From Callorhinchus milii (Eukaryota): a stretch of DNA of 64,000 bases. The DNA is taken from positions 26,352,001-26,416,000 of the forward strand of contig NW_024704743.1 of the NCBI RefSeq assembly GCF_018977255.1, given 5' to 3'. The position numbers were made by a program, and so were the translations under genes. The number at the start of each line of letters is the position of its first letter. Position 1 is the first letter of the stretch. Of the stretch, positions 1-39,024 are shown in pieces. The notes under the pieces were generated by a model. The model was not told the DNA's origin and searched no databases. It saw nothing but the letters and a program-made list of their open reading frames with translations.

Positions 1-99
1 GTTTGCAGGACGTGCTAATCACCTTTCATTGGGGATTAAATCTGAGTCCTTCCAGGTCTTGTTAGATACTAAGCAGCTAACTCACCAACTGAATTGGTG

Positions 100-435
100 A
101 AGGCAGTCACAAACTGCTGCACTGTATTGAGGAACATGGTCCGCAAACTTGTTTTTTTTTAATTGAATTGTGTAGTTTTGCTGCCTCCTCTGATTCCACA
201 GTCTCCCAACTTGGTGTCATCTGCAAACTTAAACAATTTACACTGGATCTGAGTATCCAGGTCATGAATGCACACAAGGAACCAGTCCAGACACCCGAGG
301 CAACCCTCATTTTGACCTAGCTCGGCTAATGATTTTGTTTCCTTCCCTTCAGATAATTTTGAATCCATGTCCTTGTGTTGCCCTTGATAACTAGTGACAG
401 TTTGTAAAGGAGTTTTTCCAGTAAAGTCATCAAGA
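100..435 (-). mobile_element. CR1-clade LINE RT fragment (degenerate)
   Basis: Minus ORF 159-368 contains IHDLD...KLFKFADDTKLG, a CR1-type RT motif. Confidence 0.8.
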
Positions 436-819
436 TTATCCTTTCACACAGAGCAAATGACTTTTAGAGTTTAGAGTTTGTGTGTTTCTATGTTTGGTCT
501 GCAGTGATATTACCCATGCACAGAAATAAACCCAGGAGCTGGAGGTCAGAATTCCTCATAGGGTGATCTGTGACGTCAGGCCCTCTATGACAGAATTATT
601 CCATGCTTGAAACTCCTTTGACAGCAATTCAGCACCTTATTCACTTATTTATTAACTTATTTACAAAAATAAGAGTCTAAACCATTTACACTTAAACCAG
701 TAACAAGTTAGGCACCCACTCGATGAGATGTCCTCAAGCAGTTAATCATTTCGCAAGTTGGGTGTTTCCATTGGATAATTAAAGCAAATCCTTGCCTTTG
801 ATCCTGTGACTTATCCTGT

Positions 820-1200
820 CGAAAGGTGTTGCCCTTCACATGAGACATGAAACCAAGATCCCATCTGCTTGTTCAGGTGAAAGATCCTATGTCTGTGACC
901 TGGCTAGGAGTGGAATGTCCCAATAATGTGAGACGTAATTTAGCCTGACATTTCGATGACCTTCGGATAAGATGTTAAACCTAAATCCCATCTACTTCTT
1001 CAGGTAGATGTTAAATATCCCATTGATCCATTCGGAAATAGGAAAGCGTTTCCCCTGGTGTCCTTGCCAACATTCCCCCACGCAATCGGTGGTTCACTTC
1101 ATAGCTATTTGTGGGGCAGTGCTGTGCTTTGCAGAAAAAAAAACTTTGTGAAACTCTTAAAGCTGTTCTGACGTAATAGTGTTGTATCAAGTACAATTAG
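820..1200 (+). mobile_element. DeuSINE-like fragments (two adjacent partial Deu domains plus tail)
   Basis: gatgttaaacc...ccatct...ttcaggtagatgttaaatatcccat...cctggtgtccttgccaacattccc, shared with other copies in the window. Confidence 0.65.
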
Positions 1201-1284
1201 TATTTTTATTTTTCACTTAATGAGTTGCCAAGGAGTGTAGTGAATGCTATCCAAGGGAATCTGCTCTGAATGCTTTAGTTAACT

Positions 1285-1620
1285 GGCGTCAGCCTGGCTC
1301 AGCTGGTAGTACTCATCTCCTGAATCAGAAAATTGGAAGTTCCATGCCTCAGTTTAAGACTTTGAGCTCATTGTCAGGGCTGACAGCTCAGTACAGTGCT
1401 GGGGGAGCTCTGCAATGTCTGAGGTGCTTTCCTGTAGGTCCTGTCTGCCTGTTCATTTGGAAGCTAAAGATCCCATGGCACTGTTCAAAAAGGAAGGGAA
1501 TTTCTCCTACTGTCCTGGTCAACAATCCTCCTGTTAAAATTCATCATTCACTTCATGGCTGTCGGTTGGTCACTGATGTCTAAATTGCCTTCTGTGATAA
1601 CCTACAAAATCATTACAGTA
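1285..1620 (+). mobile_element. DeuSINE-like tRNA-derived SINE
   Basis: tRNA-like head tcagcctggctcagctggtagtactc...gaatcagaa; Deu-like ctgtctgcctgttca...aaagatcccatggcactgttc. Confidence 0.7.
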
Positions 1621-3156
1621 GATCCTGTACAGTATTTACAGTAGACCTTGTGACTTTCTTTGAGCTTGGGTGCAAACCCTCGACTGCCTTAGGACATCCC
1701 CACATGAAGGGCACTATATAAATGCAATTTGTTGTTAAGATGGTTCAACAACAACTTGCATCTATATAGCGCCCTTCAGAGGGGACTGCACATCTGAGCG
1801 CTTAGTTTATCAATAAGGTGGTATGGTGCTATACCAAATGCCAGGATTACTATGATCATTATGTCCTATAGCTGATCAGTTGTCTAGTTTCTAGAATTCT
1901 GTTGCATCTCCACGTTAGTTGAAGAAATATTAATTGATCCACTATTCATTAGAGAAAGTTAATTGCTCTCTTATTTCATGCGACCATTGCAGTGGTACCA
2001 GGCCAGTATTGAATTTAATTTTTTTTAATATAAATATAAAGTGGAGTTACTCAAAAGTAGAATTACACTACTCCTTGTAGGACAGTCAAGGAAGCATTGA
2101 GTTACACAGTGTAGGAAACTGATGGAAACAGACCTGTCTTGCAGGATTCTCATGAGAGATGATGCATGGTTAGAAACCTCAAGTTCATTCTTATCACCAC
2201 CATTCAAGGGCTCAATGTTGGAAAATGAATGCATTGATATTCTGAGTGGATTTTTGGCTCCTCAAAGCTGTAAAGACCGCAACCTTTACAAAGCCTTAAA
2301 CTTTGGGTAATTTGTGTTAGATGTATAAAGTGTAAGCTAGAGCATTGTCCTGAAAATCCATTATCCGAGCTCCACCAACAGACCAGGGTTCCTGTTGATT
2401 CTTCAAATGCTCTTTCTGGCGATTGATGCTTCTTAGCCTGACCCAAATTACTGTGGCTGAGTCTGAATGTTCTGAATTAATTTATTGTAGCAGCCAAGGG
2501 GGGGATGGAGGAGACTCTGCTGTAGGGACTAAGAGACAGCAGGAAAGTATTTTTTTCTCATTCCCTCTTGTTGAAGAATTTTGATCCGCACTTATCCCTA
2601 CATTTCAAGTGAGGTACTGTCTTACAATGTCATTCTCTTCTTTGCAATCCGTTTGTATTGCAGTTCGTTCTAATGTCACATTACTCTGTACTCCGATGAA
2701 GGGTAACAATTTTCTTACCGAGTTATACCAGGAGATACTGTAGCGGTTTATATTGGCATGTGTAATATACATTATTACATATTCACAATGTGTTATAAGT
2801 ACTCTTAAGTGCATATCAGTATAAAGACTTGAGTCTGTCAAAAGGCCACAGAACTCCCAAGTATCTCAACACTTCACAAACAAATTCTTTTTAATGAATG
2901 CAGTGTGTTTGAGTACCTTTCTCGTGAGTTATAAGGGGACCTGTGATGTGTTGCATTTTTCACCCCATGGTATGTTTTTTGCTGATAAATAAAGTACATT
3001 CATTTTCTTATATACTTGTGCCAAAGCATGCACTGATCCATTTTAGCGTGTTACTACGTCGGGCTAATTTTAAACGTCTAATTGGGTTGTCAGACAATCC
3101 CACGCAGTAAGAGGTCCATGTCAATGATGCATTGTTTTATTATTCTCTTTCCTCAG

Positions 3157-29829
<26,673 letters not shown>

Positions 29830-30579
29830 TTACACCGGCTTGTATTGTACTGATATCTTCCAGCACTACGAACAGGCGTCTTACTGTGTCAGCTCTTGTA
29901 TTATCAATTGCTTTCCTCAACATCATCTACCAGCTCTGCAAACAGCCTTTTATTCTTAATACTGCCTAATGTAATTTCACCATCTTGTCCAATTGTACTG
30001 ATATATTCAGGCTCTATGAATACGTTTTTACTCTACCTCTTAGATTCACCAATGACTAATATTTCCTATCGACTGCTGATTTTTTAAAAAAATTCTGGTA
30101 CCTTTAAGGTTTGAGTGCTGTTTGCTCATGAGACAGACAGACAGTTTGCTTCGAAAACATTCTGATCTTTCCTTGTATCTTTCCTCCGTCAGTAAATTCA
30201 GTCAAACCAATGACTAAGACACACTAGAAACAGCAGATTTGATACATTATGTGCTAAATTAGCTGGAAAGCACAGTAAGGGCTCTGATTGATAATGGGTT
30301 GGGAAAGGAAAACATGGGAATTTTGTTTACCTCTTAATCTGTATTTCCATCTGGAAAATAATGCATGATCCTAGGGGTGAGAGAATCAAAAGTCTGCTGA
30401 TACTCATTGTCTGGGTTTGCAAAAACTAATCCATGCCTTTAAGAGGAAGAAAGAAGGAAAAACACCCCAATCTCGGGATTAATTGACTTTTGGTCCTGTA
30501 AGTAAACAGTATGCCAATCTTAAATAACTTTTTTTTAAGAAATGGTTTCACTAAAAGGAATAATATTAATTGATAGTTC

Positions 30580-30679
30580 AATAGTCAGGCTTTATCCAAC
30601 TCTAAGATGAACTAACTTTGCAGTTCATTTCCCTACACTGACTCTCGTTTCAATTGTGCAGGTAACTTAAAACTGATCC
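30580..30679 (+). repeat. Proximal copy of a duplicated 100-bp 3' splice-acceptor cassette (candidate alternative last exon from 30662)
   Basis: 96/100 identical to 32176-32275 by manual comparison; branch-like ACTAAC/CTGAC, pyrimidine tract, tgcag|GTAAC; AATAAA at 30857-30862. Confidence 0.88.
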
Positions 30680-32175
30680 ATCCCTATGTTGTCCACGTCT
30701 CTAATCTGTCAGATTTTCTTAACAGATTCTCTAAAGTAGCCAGTCTTGCACTTTACATTCTACTTAATATTTTTCTTTCCTCTAACTGTTTGATTTCTAC
30801 AATTCTTTCAGCTCTTCTGTCTACAGTTCAATTTGATTCTTAAGTGTGTTTTTTTTAATAAATTGTAGCCAGTGAAGCATTGCATTCATTTTAGAATACA
30901 TAATACCTCTTATAGCTTATTGTAATGTTCTCTGTTCTGTAATGTTGGACATTTTTTCTCTTTGCTGGGGGTAGAGGCACAAAGGAAGAGGCTAACACAG
31001 AGTCACTTAAACTATGCTTTTTGGTGCAATTACTTGCAGCATTAAGACCTGATTTTGAATTCAGTCCAGGCTGAATGAATGAAGCACTTTTCTGGGATTA
31101 AAATACATTGCTGGAGCAGAATACAATATTTAAGGCATGCCAGATATACGCTGTGAGTTCTCAATGTTAACACAAAGTGCTCAGAAGTGCTCAGAATTGA
31201 ACGGAACTGTCAAATTCCCCAGAATTGGCATTCTCAAAATGATGTATACAATCACATTTTTACACCGCTCCTAAAACATGTGCTACCCCCAGCTTTACAG
31301 GAATGAAAATGAACTATCATTAGACTATTCTAATCTGGTTGACTTTTATATTGACCCAACCTTTTCCACATCACTACAGCAACATTCTTTAATTATTAGT
31401 TTTTATTGCTCTACAACCTTTGATCTTTGAGCTGTTTTGCAGATTCTGTTGCATATTAATTGCCTCTTGGTTTCATTCACTGAACGTCTCTTACTAACTG
31501 ATGAACTTCTCGTATCCTGTAGCCAGTTTAGCAGAGATTCTGTGCATTCTCTTATTCTCTATTTAATAATGAAAAGGGAACTAATGATCTTTTGGAAGAA
31601 TCTACTGCACTTATCTGTCCTCTGATCGAGTCATCTCTACCATTAAATCTTTGTCAACTCCTAATTCCAATTTCCACCTTTTCTCTGTATGCCTTTATTA
31701 TCCTTAGTTGTCAAGTCTCTCTCCCTCTTTACTCTAGTTGCATTTTAATAGATTGGAGTTGTCTGTTGGATAGTTTAAGTTCTAAAGTTTTTCTTTGTCA
31801 TTTACTGCTATTCATAGCACAGTTTAGCTATTGAACATGGGACCTCGCCACTCTACATAGTTCAATAACGCACTCAATAACATGCAGCGGGTTTCCTCAC
31901 TAAGCCATTGGGGGAAGGGACCATTCTTAAGATAATCAAATTAGCCAAGTGTTCGAAACTGTTAACAAAAAACTTTCTTGGGATCACCCATTTAAAAGTT
32001 GATGTGAGAGGACCATGTGATGTAACATGAGATATTCTTATATCTGTATTGCAGAAAAACTTACAAATGGTTTTTTTTTGCAACCAATGAAACTGTTTCC
32101 TGGTTAAACATGGTATCACACTGTCTATGACAGTTGTAACGCATAGGAAAGCTATGTTGCAGAACCATAGTGTCG

Positions 32176-32275
32176 AATAGTCAGGCTTTATCCAACTCTA
32201 AGATGAGCTAACTTTGCAGTTCATTTCCCTACACTGACTCTTGTTTCAATTGTGCAGGTAACCTAAAACCGATCC
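32176..32275 (+). repeat. Distal copy of the duplicated acceptor cassette (acceptor of terminal exon, exon starts 32258)
   Basis: Direct repeat of 30580-30679 at offset 1596; 4 transition differences. Confidence 0.88.
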
Positions 32276-32820
32276 CAAGCCCCCCTCCATTGCCTTGCCC
32301 CTCCAAGCTAGAAGAACAACGTCCCCCAAGAAAAGCTGAACATCCCAATGAAGATAGCTTTAACACCGAGGGTCCCTTCAAGATCTTCCCAAAGTATCTC
32401 CAGACGTCCTGGGTGCCAAATTATTCTTCACCAAAAAGCAAGGAGCCCCAATTGCCTACGGTTTCGGAACAGGTGGCAGTTCAAGAAAAGAGACCTGCTG
32501 AGTTTGTTCAGAAGATTCCCACGGATAATAAAAAGAACCTTTCAGTTCAACCAAGTAATAAAGGGTTCAGCATGGGGAAACGACACGCCGACAGGCTGAA
32601 TGAAGAGTTGGAGGACGCCAGCTCAAAGGCACAGGAGCAGAAACCGTTGCTCAATCAGGACGCCAAGATACTCTCAGCAGCAGCCAGGCGTGTTCAAAAC
32701 CGCCGTTCCTTTAACCGGCCTAGACCTCTGCGTTACCCAAAGCTCCAAAAACTTGGGTCTCTCCCAGTCTCTTGCCACATTCCTCCTCATTCTCTGGAGC
32801 AAGAGGAAACACAGTTTTGA
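32258..32820 (+). CDS. slc9a3: Candidate alternative C-terminal coding exon of NHE3 (187 codons if spliced from exon 15, ending EQEETQF*)
   Basis: Acceptor ttcaattgtgcag|GT AAC CTA AAA CCG; phase 1 matches the end of exon 15; frame open to TGA 32818-32820 and closed by TAA at 32209 upstream of the acceptor; not repeat-like; ends in T-x-hydrophobic. Confidence 0.6.
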
Positions 32821-35524
32821 ACCTTGATTTGCACAGATGCTAATTTTGGTGAAGCCTTCAAAGAAGCCAAATGAGCATATTTTGGTTGTACGGAGCAACT
32901 CTAGAATATCTTTTTTTTTGCAGAATGTCAGTTACTGAAATGGAGTTCTGTCGTGTGTGAATTAAGAGATGTAAAAGACAAATAATGGAGCAGTTGATTG
33001 AAGATTTAGAGGGTGTGGAATTAGTAACCATGTTTTTCCTTAAAACCAACTTCTGGTGTATTGTACAGAAAAGAAATCTGACCGTAGAAAGGCAGAAATA
33101 TTTTATAAATGTGATATAGACTGGAAATTTCCAGTTTATTCCTACTGATCTATTTCTTCATTATCCTGAGCATTTTTTTGTTTTAAATGTTTAATGCTGC
33201 ACATTTCATCATATTGGACATTAGTCACGTGTTTATTTTTTAAGAAAGTTTTGCCATAAATCATTGGTGCCGTAATACTCTAAAACCTACAAGGTGATGT
33301 TAAGCCACTGGTATAGCTCCTGAAAACAACACTGCCACATTACAGTATAGTGTAACGTAAACTGCAAGTAAAAATTACAATCTGGTCCTGGCACTGCCAT
33401 ACAATACCAGCAGATCTGATCTTGCAGGTCATCTCCCTGTACTGAGAAGAGTGTTATTGTAGGCACTGCCGTACTTGAGGAATGAGCAGGGTGCTGTGGT
33501 GAAATAGCTTTTTGTGCTTTTAGCATAAGGTTTTAGCAGATGTGTTTACCAGATTTTGTTTCAAGAAATGATGCATTTTGTTGGGTGAAATGGCATTGCC
33601 TTGCACAAGCTGCTTCACAAGTTGGAATTAGTGCAATATGTTTAAAGCTCTCGCCTGAAGATGGTCGGAGCTCAATCGCTTCCTCCTGCAAAAAGAAATC
33701 TGCCAGAACAATGGTCGAGCGATCTGTTGATCTGAGGATTGTGCGGAAATAGCATGTTGGGCGGAGATCTGGTACCATCCTTAGAATATCGTACGTACCC
33801 ATTACTGGCCCCCTGGAAAGCAAACACGATCAACAGTGACTGAGATATTCTGTGTATCTTTACACCTATTTTGCACAACAGTTATTGCTGTTTTTTACAG
33901 CTTTTAAAAAACTGAAGTTTGTCCCTTTGTTGCCATGAGTGGAGCCTCTAACAAAGGACAAGACATTTAGAATTTAAGTAGCTGTGTTTTCTGGGTTAGT
34001 AAACACAGACCCTGTTTAATGTGAGTGTAATTCAACTGTAAAATCTTTCTTTGCACGTCTTTTTTCTCTGTTTTATTTTCCTTCAGCTTGCAACTGAGAA
34101 GGGTGTCCCCACATTGATCTACTCCGAGGTCTTAGCCAAAGCAGGCAGCACTTGAAGATGTGCAGCTGTACCACACCATCTTTAAGTGCTCGTAAAGACA
34201 TCTGCCTGCAGAGAGCGGGTGATCCACCCTGTCTCCCAGGCCTCTGCTCAGTTGCCTTCCTATTGTAGCACAGCTCAGGTCCATTCAGATTCTTGCCCTT
34301 TGGGGAAATAACAGATTTGGGGAAATAATAAATTTCTTTGTTTCTAGAAACAAACACCGTGATTTTTCGCATACGAATTGCACCGAGGATTTTGCATGTA
34401 AAATAGTGCAAGTCGTATGCAAAAATTCATGGCTTGCTTTTGTAAATATTATTGTACATCACCTGCACTGGCATATAATGGACACTTGAATTTCAAGGCC
34501 ATCTTTTAGTGTAAAAGGTTATCCATTATAGTAGATGAACGTGATAATGTCTTCATATCCCTGCACCTTTAATTGCTTGTCATTGTAACTTTCAAATGTC
34601 ATTGTTTAAGGCATGTTTGCCATGAGCCTCTGGTGCCAAGAAGAGTGGTGGAAAATTAGAGAATACACTTGGATAATGGACTTTTCCTTATCACCCTTCC
34701 TCAGTGTCCTCTCCCCCCCACCCCGCCGCCCACCAAACCACTCTGTGTTATTGTTTATCTCTGTCCATTCTTCTTCCCCCTTGATCACTCCGATGTTTAT
34801 GCACACGTCGAGTGATGTTCAACATTCCTTATTGGCTGAGTCACGTGTGCAAAGGTGTGGGTTCCAACTACCCAATGCACGGCCCATTCTGGTAATCAGC
34901 ACAGGCGGAGTCCAGAGAGAAGTGCCCGATCGTTGCGTGACTAGACTTTTTTTTGGAGGATATGGCTGGCTTGAGGCAGCTATACACCTGGTGATGACAT
35001 GCACGATGGCGTTGCCAGGTGCAAGTGTGCATTTTCCGTGCATGTTCCAATTGGTGGGGTGGGGGGTGGGGAATGGGGGTGCCAATGCGAGCACCAGAGG
35101 CAGGTTCACTACCACCTTTACTTCTCAGCAACCTCGCTGTCACTTGCCTGTGACTGCTGAACAGGCTAAATGCAGTAATAGCTTCAGAGGTTGTACAGTA
35201 TTTTGTACTCCTGATCCTTTTGGTTTAAACAATGGTGTAACCAGATCGGTGACACATAGAACACACCATGATGCTTCTGGGACATTTTAGATGTTGATGA
35301 TTTATGGTGTCCTGCAAATTGTGACATTTTGCTGTGCAGAGGAATCCATGGGAATGCAATGTCCTTTGTTATATGGACAATTGGATATATAAGTTGCCCA
35401 TCTAATGTTATTGAGTTCTACTTCTACAGGGTGGTAATCTGACCAGTCAGTCTGCTTTCTGTCTTCTACATACTTATGGGTTAATATTACATTACTGTAT
35501 GTCTTACTTTTGCAAGCCCAGAAC

Positions 35525-35530
35525 AATAAA
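35525..35530 (+). terminator. Candidate polyadenylation signal (proximal)
   Basis: AATAAA followed by T-rich and GTGTGT sequence. Confidence 0.4.
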
Positions 35531-35755
35531 TATATTTTTTAAAGTCAGCGTTTTAAAAAAGTGTGTCTATATATTGAAATTAGGAAAAGGCTGATCTTTT
35601 TATTAATATAAGTCTGTAGGCAATACATAATTGCTCAGGAAAGTATCATGTAAAGTAACCTCAGGTGTATACCAAGCATCGTGCTACCATATCACTATGT
35701 CCGGTCTGATTTTATACAGAGTACAAGAGTGTAAAGGTTGTCTATCATTTTTGTA

Positions 35756-35761
35756 AATAAA
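35756..35761 (+). terminator. Candidate polyadenylation signal (distal)
   Basis: TGTA upstream, AATAAA, GT-rich element ttgacttgtgtcgtctctt ~37 nt downstream. Confidence 0.5.
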
Positions 35762-36944
35762 GAGAAACCAAATCTTTAAAATTATTTTATAATACATTTG
35801 ACTTGTGTCGTCTCTTAAAATGCTGGAATTTGAAGTGAGCTTTTCCATGCTGAAGCTAATGAATCACTTGTTTCTGTGATTCCTGACCCTCATATGTTCT
35901 AATCTCACCCTGGGGATCCTAAGGTTTAAGCAAAGTAGGCTATCAAATAATGGGATTTTCATACACTACTATAAAGTTAAGTGTCACCATACATACACAT
36001 TTGAAATGTAAATATTTTTACTATTTTCTATCTTTCTATGCATCTCCCTCCTGCACGTGTGTGTGTGTGTGTCTCTTGCTTTCTCTTTTTCTCTGGGGGT
36101 GGTGCGGGTTTGGGGAGGGGGTTTCCTTTGGCATAGAATACATCAATACAATTCCAGCTAAGAAATTTCCAATTGGCACCAGTTTTGTAGATTACATTTT
36201 CACCATGCTTCTTACAACATGCCTAGTGAGGGAAGGGAGGTGTCTTTCAGTGATCCTACACTTCAATTGGAATCCAATTTCCACTATGTCTTGCAAAACT
36301 CCAATTGAGCTCCTCAGCAATGCGGTGTTGAGTCACTTGACTTTAGGCACACGTGGCCTCACATACCAGCCTCTTGAGTTGACTGGCTGTGCTTTTGAGT
36401 TAATTATTGGTCCTTTGAATACTTTTATTTTTGCTTAGGCAGCAAATCATTCAACCACCTCAACTGTGAGTAAACTTTGACTCACCGGCAATGGGAAATC
36501 TCACCTTGGTTGTGTGGAACAGGCCAGATTCCATTCTTGTGAGGAATGTGTGAGACAGGTTGTAGCTTTGCATCAGATCACAGAATATTGTAGGGCTCAG
36601 GGGAAATTTACCGAGTTACGTCCATCAATTTCTGCAAGAACTTTGACCTTGTGCCTTGTGAAGCCCTCCTGATGAAACTAGAAGCCTTGGGAATATATGG
36701 CCAAAACTTTATTTTATTTGGAATGTTTATTCCAGCTCCAAGATCTGACTCACTGGGATTATCCCTCTTGAGAGAGTAAAACAAGGTTGTCTGTTGCCCA
36801 TCTTTTTCATGTATTCATCAATGATGTGTTGGATGGCATTGAGGGGGACGGACTTGGTGTATCTGTTCCAAGTCTGATAGGATTGTGTTACTTCAGTTTG
36901 CAGATATATAGGGCTGATTTCAGCCCATCCAGACAGATCCACCT

Positions 36945-37350
36945 GTCAACTTGGCTCAGTTGGAATAATGTGTTTCTGAGTCAAGATTGTGGGTTCAAGC
37001 CCAAATTGGTACTTGGAACTTGTATTCTAGGCTGATGTTCCAATGTCGTGCTGGGGTGTCCTGCATTATTGGAGGTGCCGACCTTCGAATGAGACATTAA
37101 ATTGAGGCCCCAACAGCTTTTCAAGTGGATGCTAAGGATCCCATGGTACTATTTGAAAAGAAAAGGGCTTTCTGGCCAACAATCTCTTAATAAAATTGGT
37201 CATTCGCCAGGTATTTGCTGGTTGTGGGACATTATTGTGTACAAATTGGCTGCTGCATTTGCCTACAAATAGGCAATCACTATACTTCATAGTAGCATCT
37301 TGTGAAGTGCTAGGAGACACTTCAACAACGTGATAAGGAGCTATGTAATA
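36945..37350 (+). mobile_element. DeuSINE-like full-length copy
   Basis: tRNA-like head, cttcgaatgagacattaaattgaggcccc...gatcccatggtactatttgaa, shared tail. Confidence 0.8.
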
Positions 37351-39024
37351 ATAATAATAATCCTTGATTTGTATCAGATCACAGAATCTGAACCAAGCAT
37401 TTACATAGCACCTTATCACATCTTCTAGACATCTCAAAACACTTCACAGAATATACTGTAAAGTGAATCGACTGTATATTTTGAGAGCGAAATGCAGCAA
37501 CCAATTGCGAACACAAATACAAGGGTTATTATTTTATTTTCAACCCTGGCAGAACATATTAAACCTGAACCAGAGCCCAACATAAGACCTAATGTTCACA
37601 AAATGAAATTGCTATTATTTCAAAGTCATAACATTACAGCCCGGAGAGTGAACAAATCAGTTATCTGGAGCGGCACACCATCTATTGGTGTTCCATAAAT
37701 TTTTTCTTAAATTTGTACTAAATGAAGGAATACAACAAATTTTAATCCATAGGAATGATAGTCTGTCACTCCACTATTAAATCTGGCACCTTTTTTCTCA
37801 GCCGAGATATTTATTCAGTTAATTTTTTAAGATGTTGATTGATAGTATATTAATTGCTTCTGGTTCCAGTCTATTCCATGTTTCTACCTCTGTGTATTCC
37901 ATGTATTAAATCTGTCTTCTACCATTCCAGAATATTAAATCATGTGGTCATGTCCCCTTTGAATCTGTTATTAAAATAAGCTCCGTTCTGTGAGTCTCAC
38001 TTCACCTCAGTGGGAAATAGTTATCAGTTAGGAGCATTATGGTGAGACTAGTAACATGAGGTGTTACATGAGCTCAGCTTCAAAAGAACCTTAGTAAAAG
38101 GTGAGACATGAATCAGAAGCCAACAGAAGAATGAAGAGAAGATGCTCCAGTTTCGCGTGAATGTGATGGCTCTATTCTTGGTCTACTTCCTGGTAATGTT
38201 CTAGTTTTAATAGAAACAAAAAACCTGGTTTTGTCTTTTCAGAGAGAAGTTCATTTCTGAGAGTAAAGCCTGATCAGTAAACTTAAAGATAGTGTTTTAT
38301 TCTTTATCATTTGTCTTAAAAGAAACTTACTGTATTATCTTGTAACACAATAGCCTTAGGTATCACTTTGAGATGACATGAAAAGGGACTAAGAAAACTA
38401 AAAGCACTGTAAGTAAGAGGTAATTTATTGGAGGTTCTGAAGAAATAGGAGCAATTCCCTTAGTTACAAACGTAAATCACTTTAATGAAGAAAATTGGTT
38501 CAATCATAGCATTCCTCTTATTAGAAAGAAGACCTTTCTCTTTGACTGTGCCTTTGGTCACCTTCCTCCCCCTCCTCCTGGCTCGGTGCCCGGGATCCAT
38601 TACTGTAAAGCGCTCTGAGACACCGTCCGGCGTGGAGGGCGCTATATAAATCCAAGTTGTTGTTGTTGTAGTTGGCTGCTCTCCCTCTAATCACCGTGGC
38701 CAGTCTATCTCTTCCAGCTGTCTCAATCTCTTGTTGTTGCTTGTAACTTCCACAGGAGGCCAGCAAAGCCTAGCAATTCCTGGCTGTCTGAGAGGGTTGT
38801 GAATTCCTTCACTGCACAGTACTTAAGAGCAGTGGTGGCCAACCTTTAAGGTCGGCCATCCAAATATATTTTCTTGATTGAATATTTCTTGATTAATGGC
38901 CACACCATAAACATCGTCACTCAGTAGCTACTGGAAACAAAGCATCGATTTAAAACAGACTCATTTAGACTAGTGTGAATGTTCGGCGGGACACTTCCTG
39001 CCTGTGGGTCAAGCATTTCTTCAG

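Larger units (their letters stand above)
32821..35790 (+). other. Putative long 3'UTR of slc9a3
   Basis: ~3 kb lacking the SINE/LINE fragments frequent elsewhere; ends at AATAAA signals. Confidence 0.5.

Noticed and set aside
2122..2310. 62-aa ATG ORF ending near a GTAATT donor, as an alternative first exon
   Set aside because: The donor is phase 2 in this frame while exon 2 needs phase 1; the phase-1 frame has a stop at 2297; no signal peptide or NHE similarity.
32259..32340. Stop-codon readthrough of ATG TAA into the long downstream ORF
   Set aside because: The TAA frame differs from the 32290-32820 ORF frame and hits TGA within about 26 codons; only a phase-1 splice reaches the long frame.
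32290..32820. 176-aa ORF as an independent single-exon gene
   Set aside because: It starts at TTG, not ATG, and directly follows a strong splice acceptor; better explained as an slc9a3 exon.
34613..35290. 225-aa ORF, the longest in the track
   Set aside because: No recognisable domain, Cys/Trp-rich random-looking composition, no splice context, lies in the presumed 3'UTR.
38142..38260. Signal-peptide-like MLQFRVNVMALFLVYFL followed by gtaatg
   Set aside because: The nearest acceptor gives a ~50-nt intron and an early stop; no further exons found.
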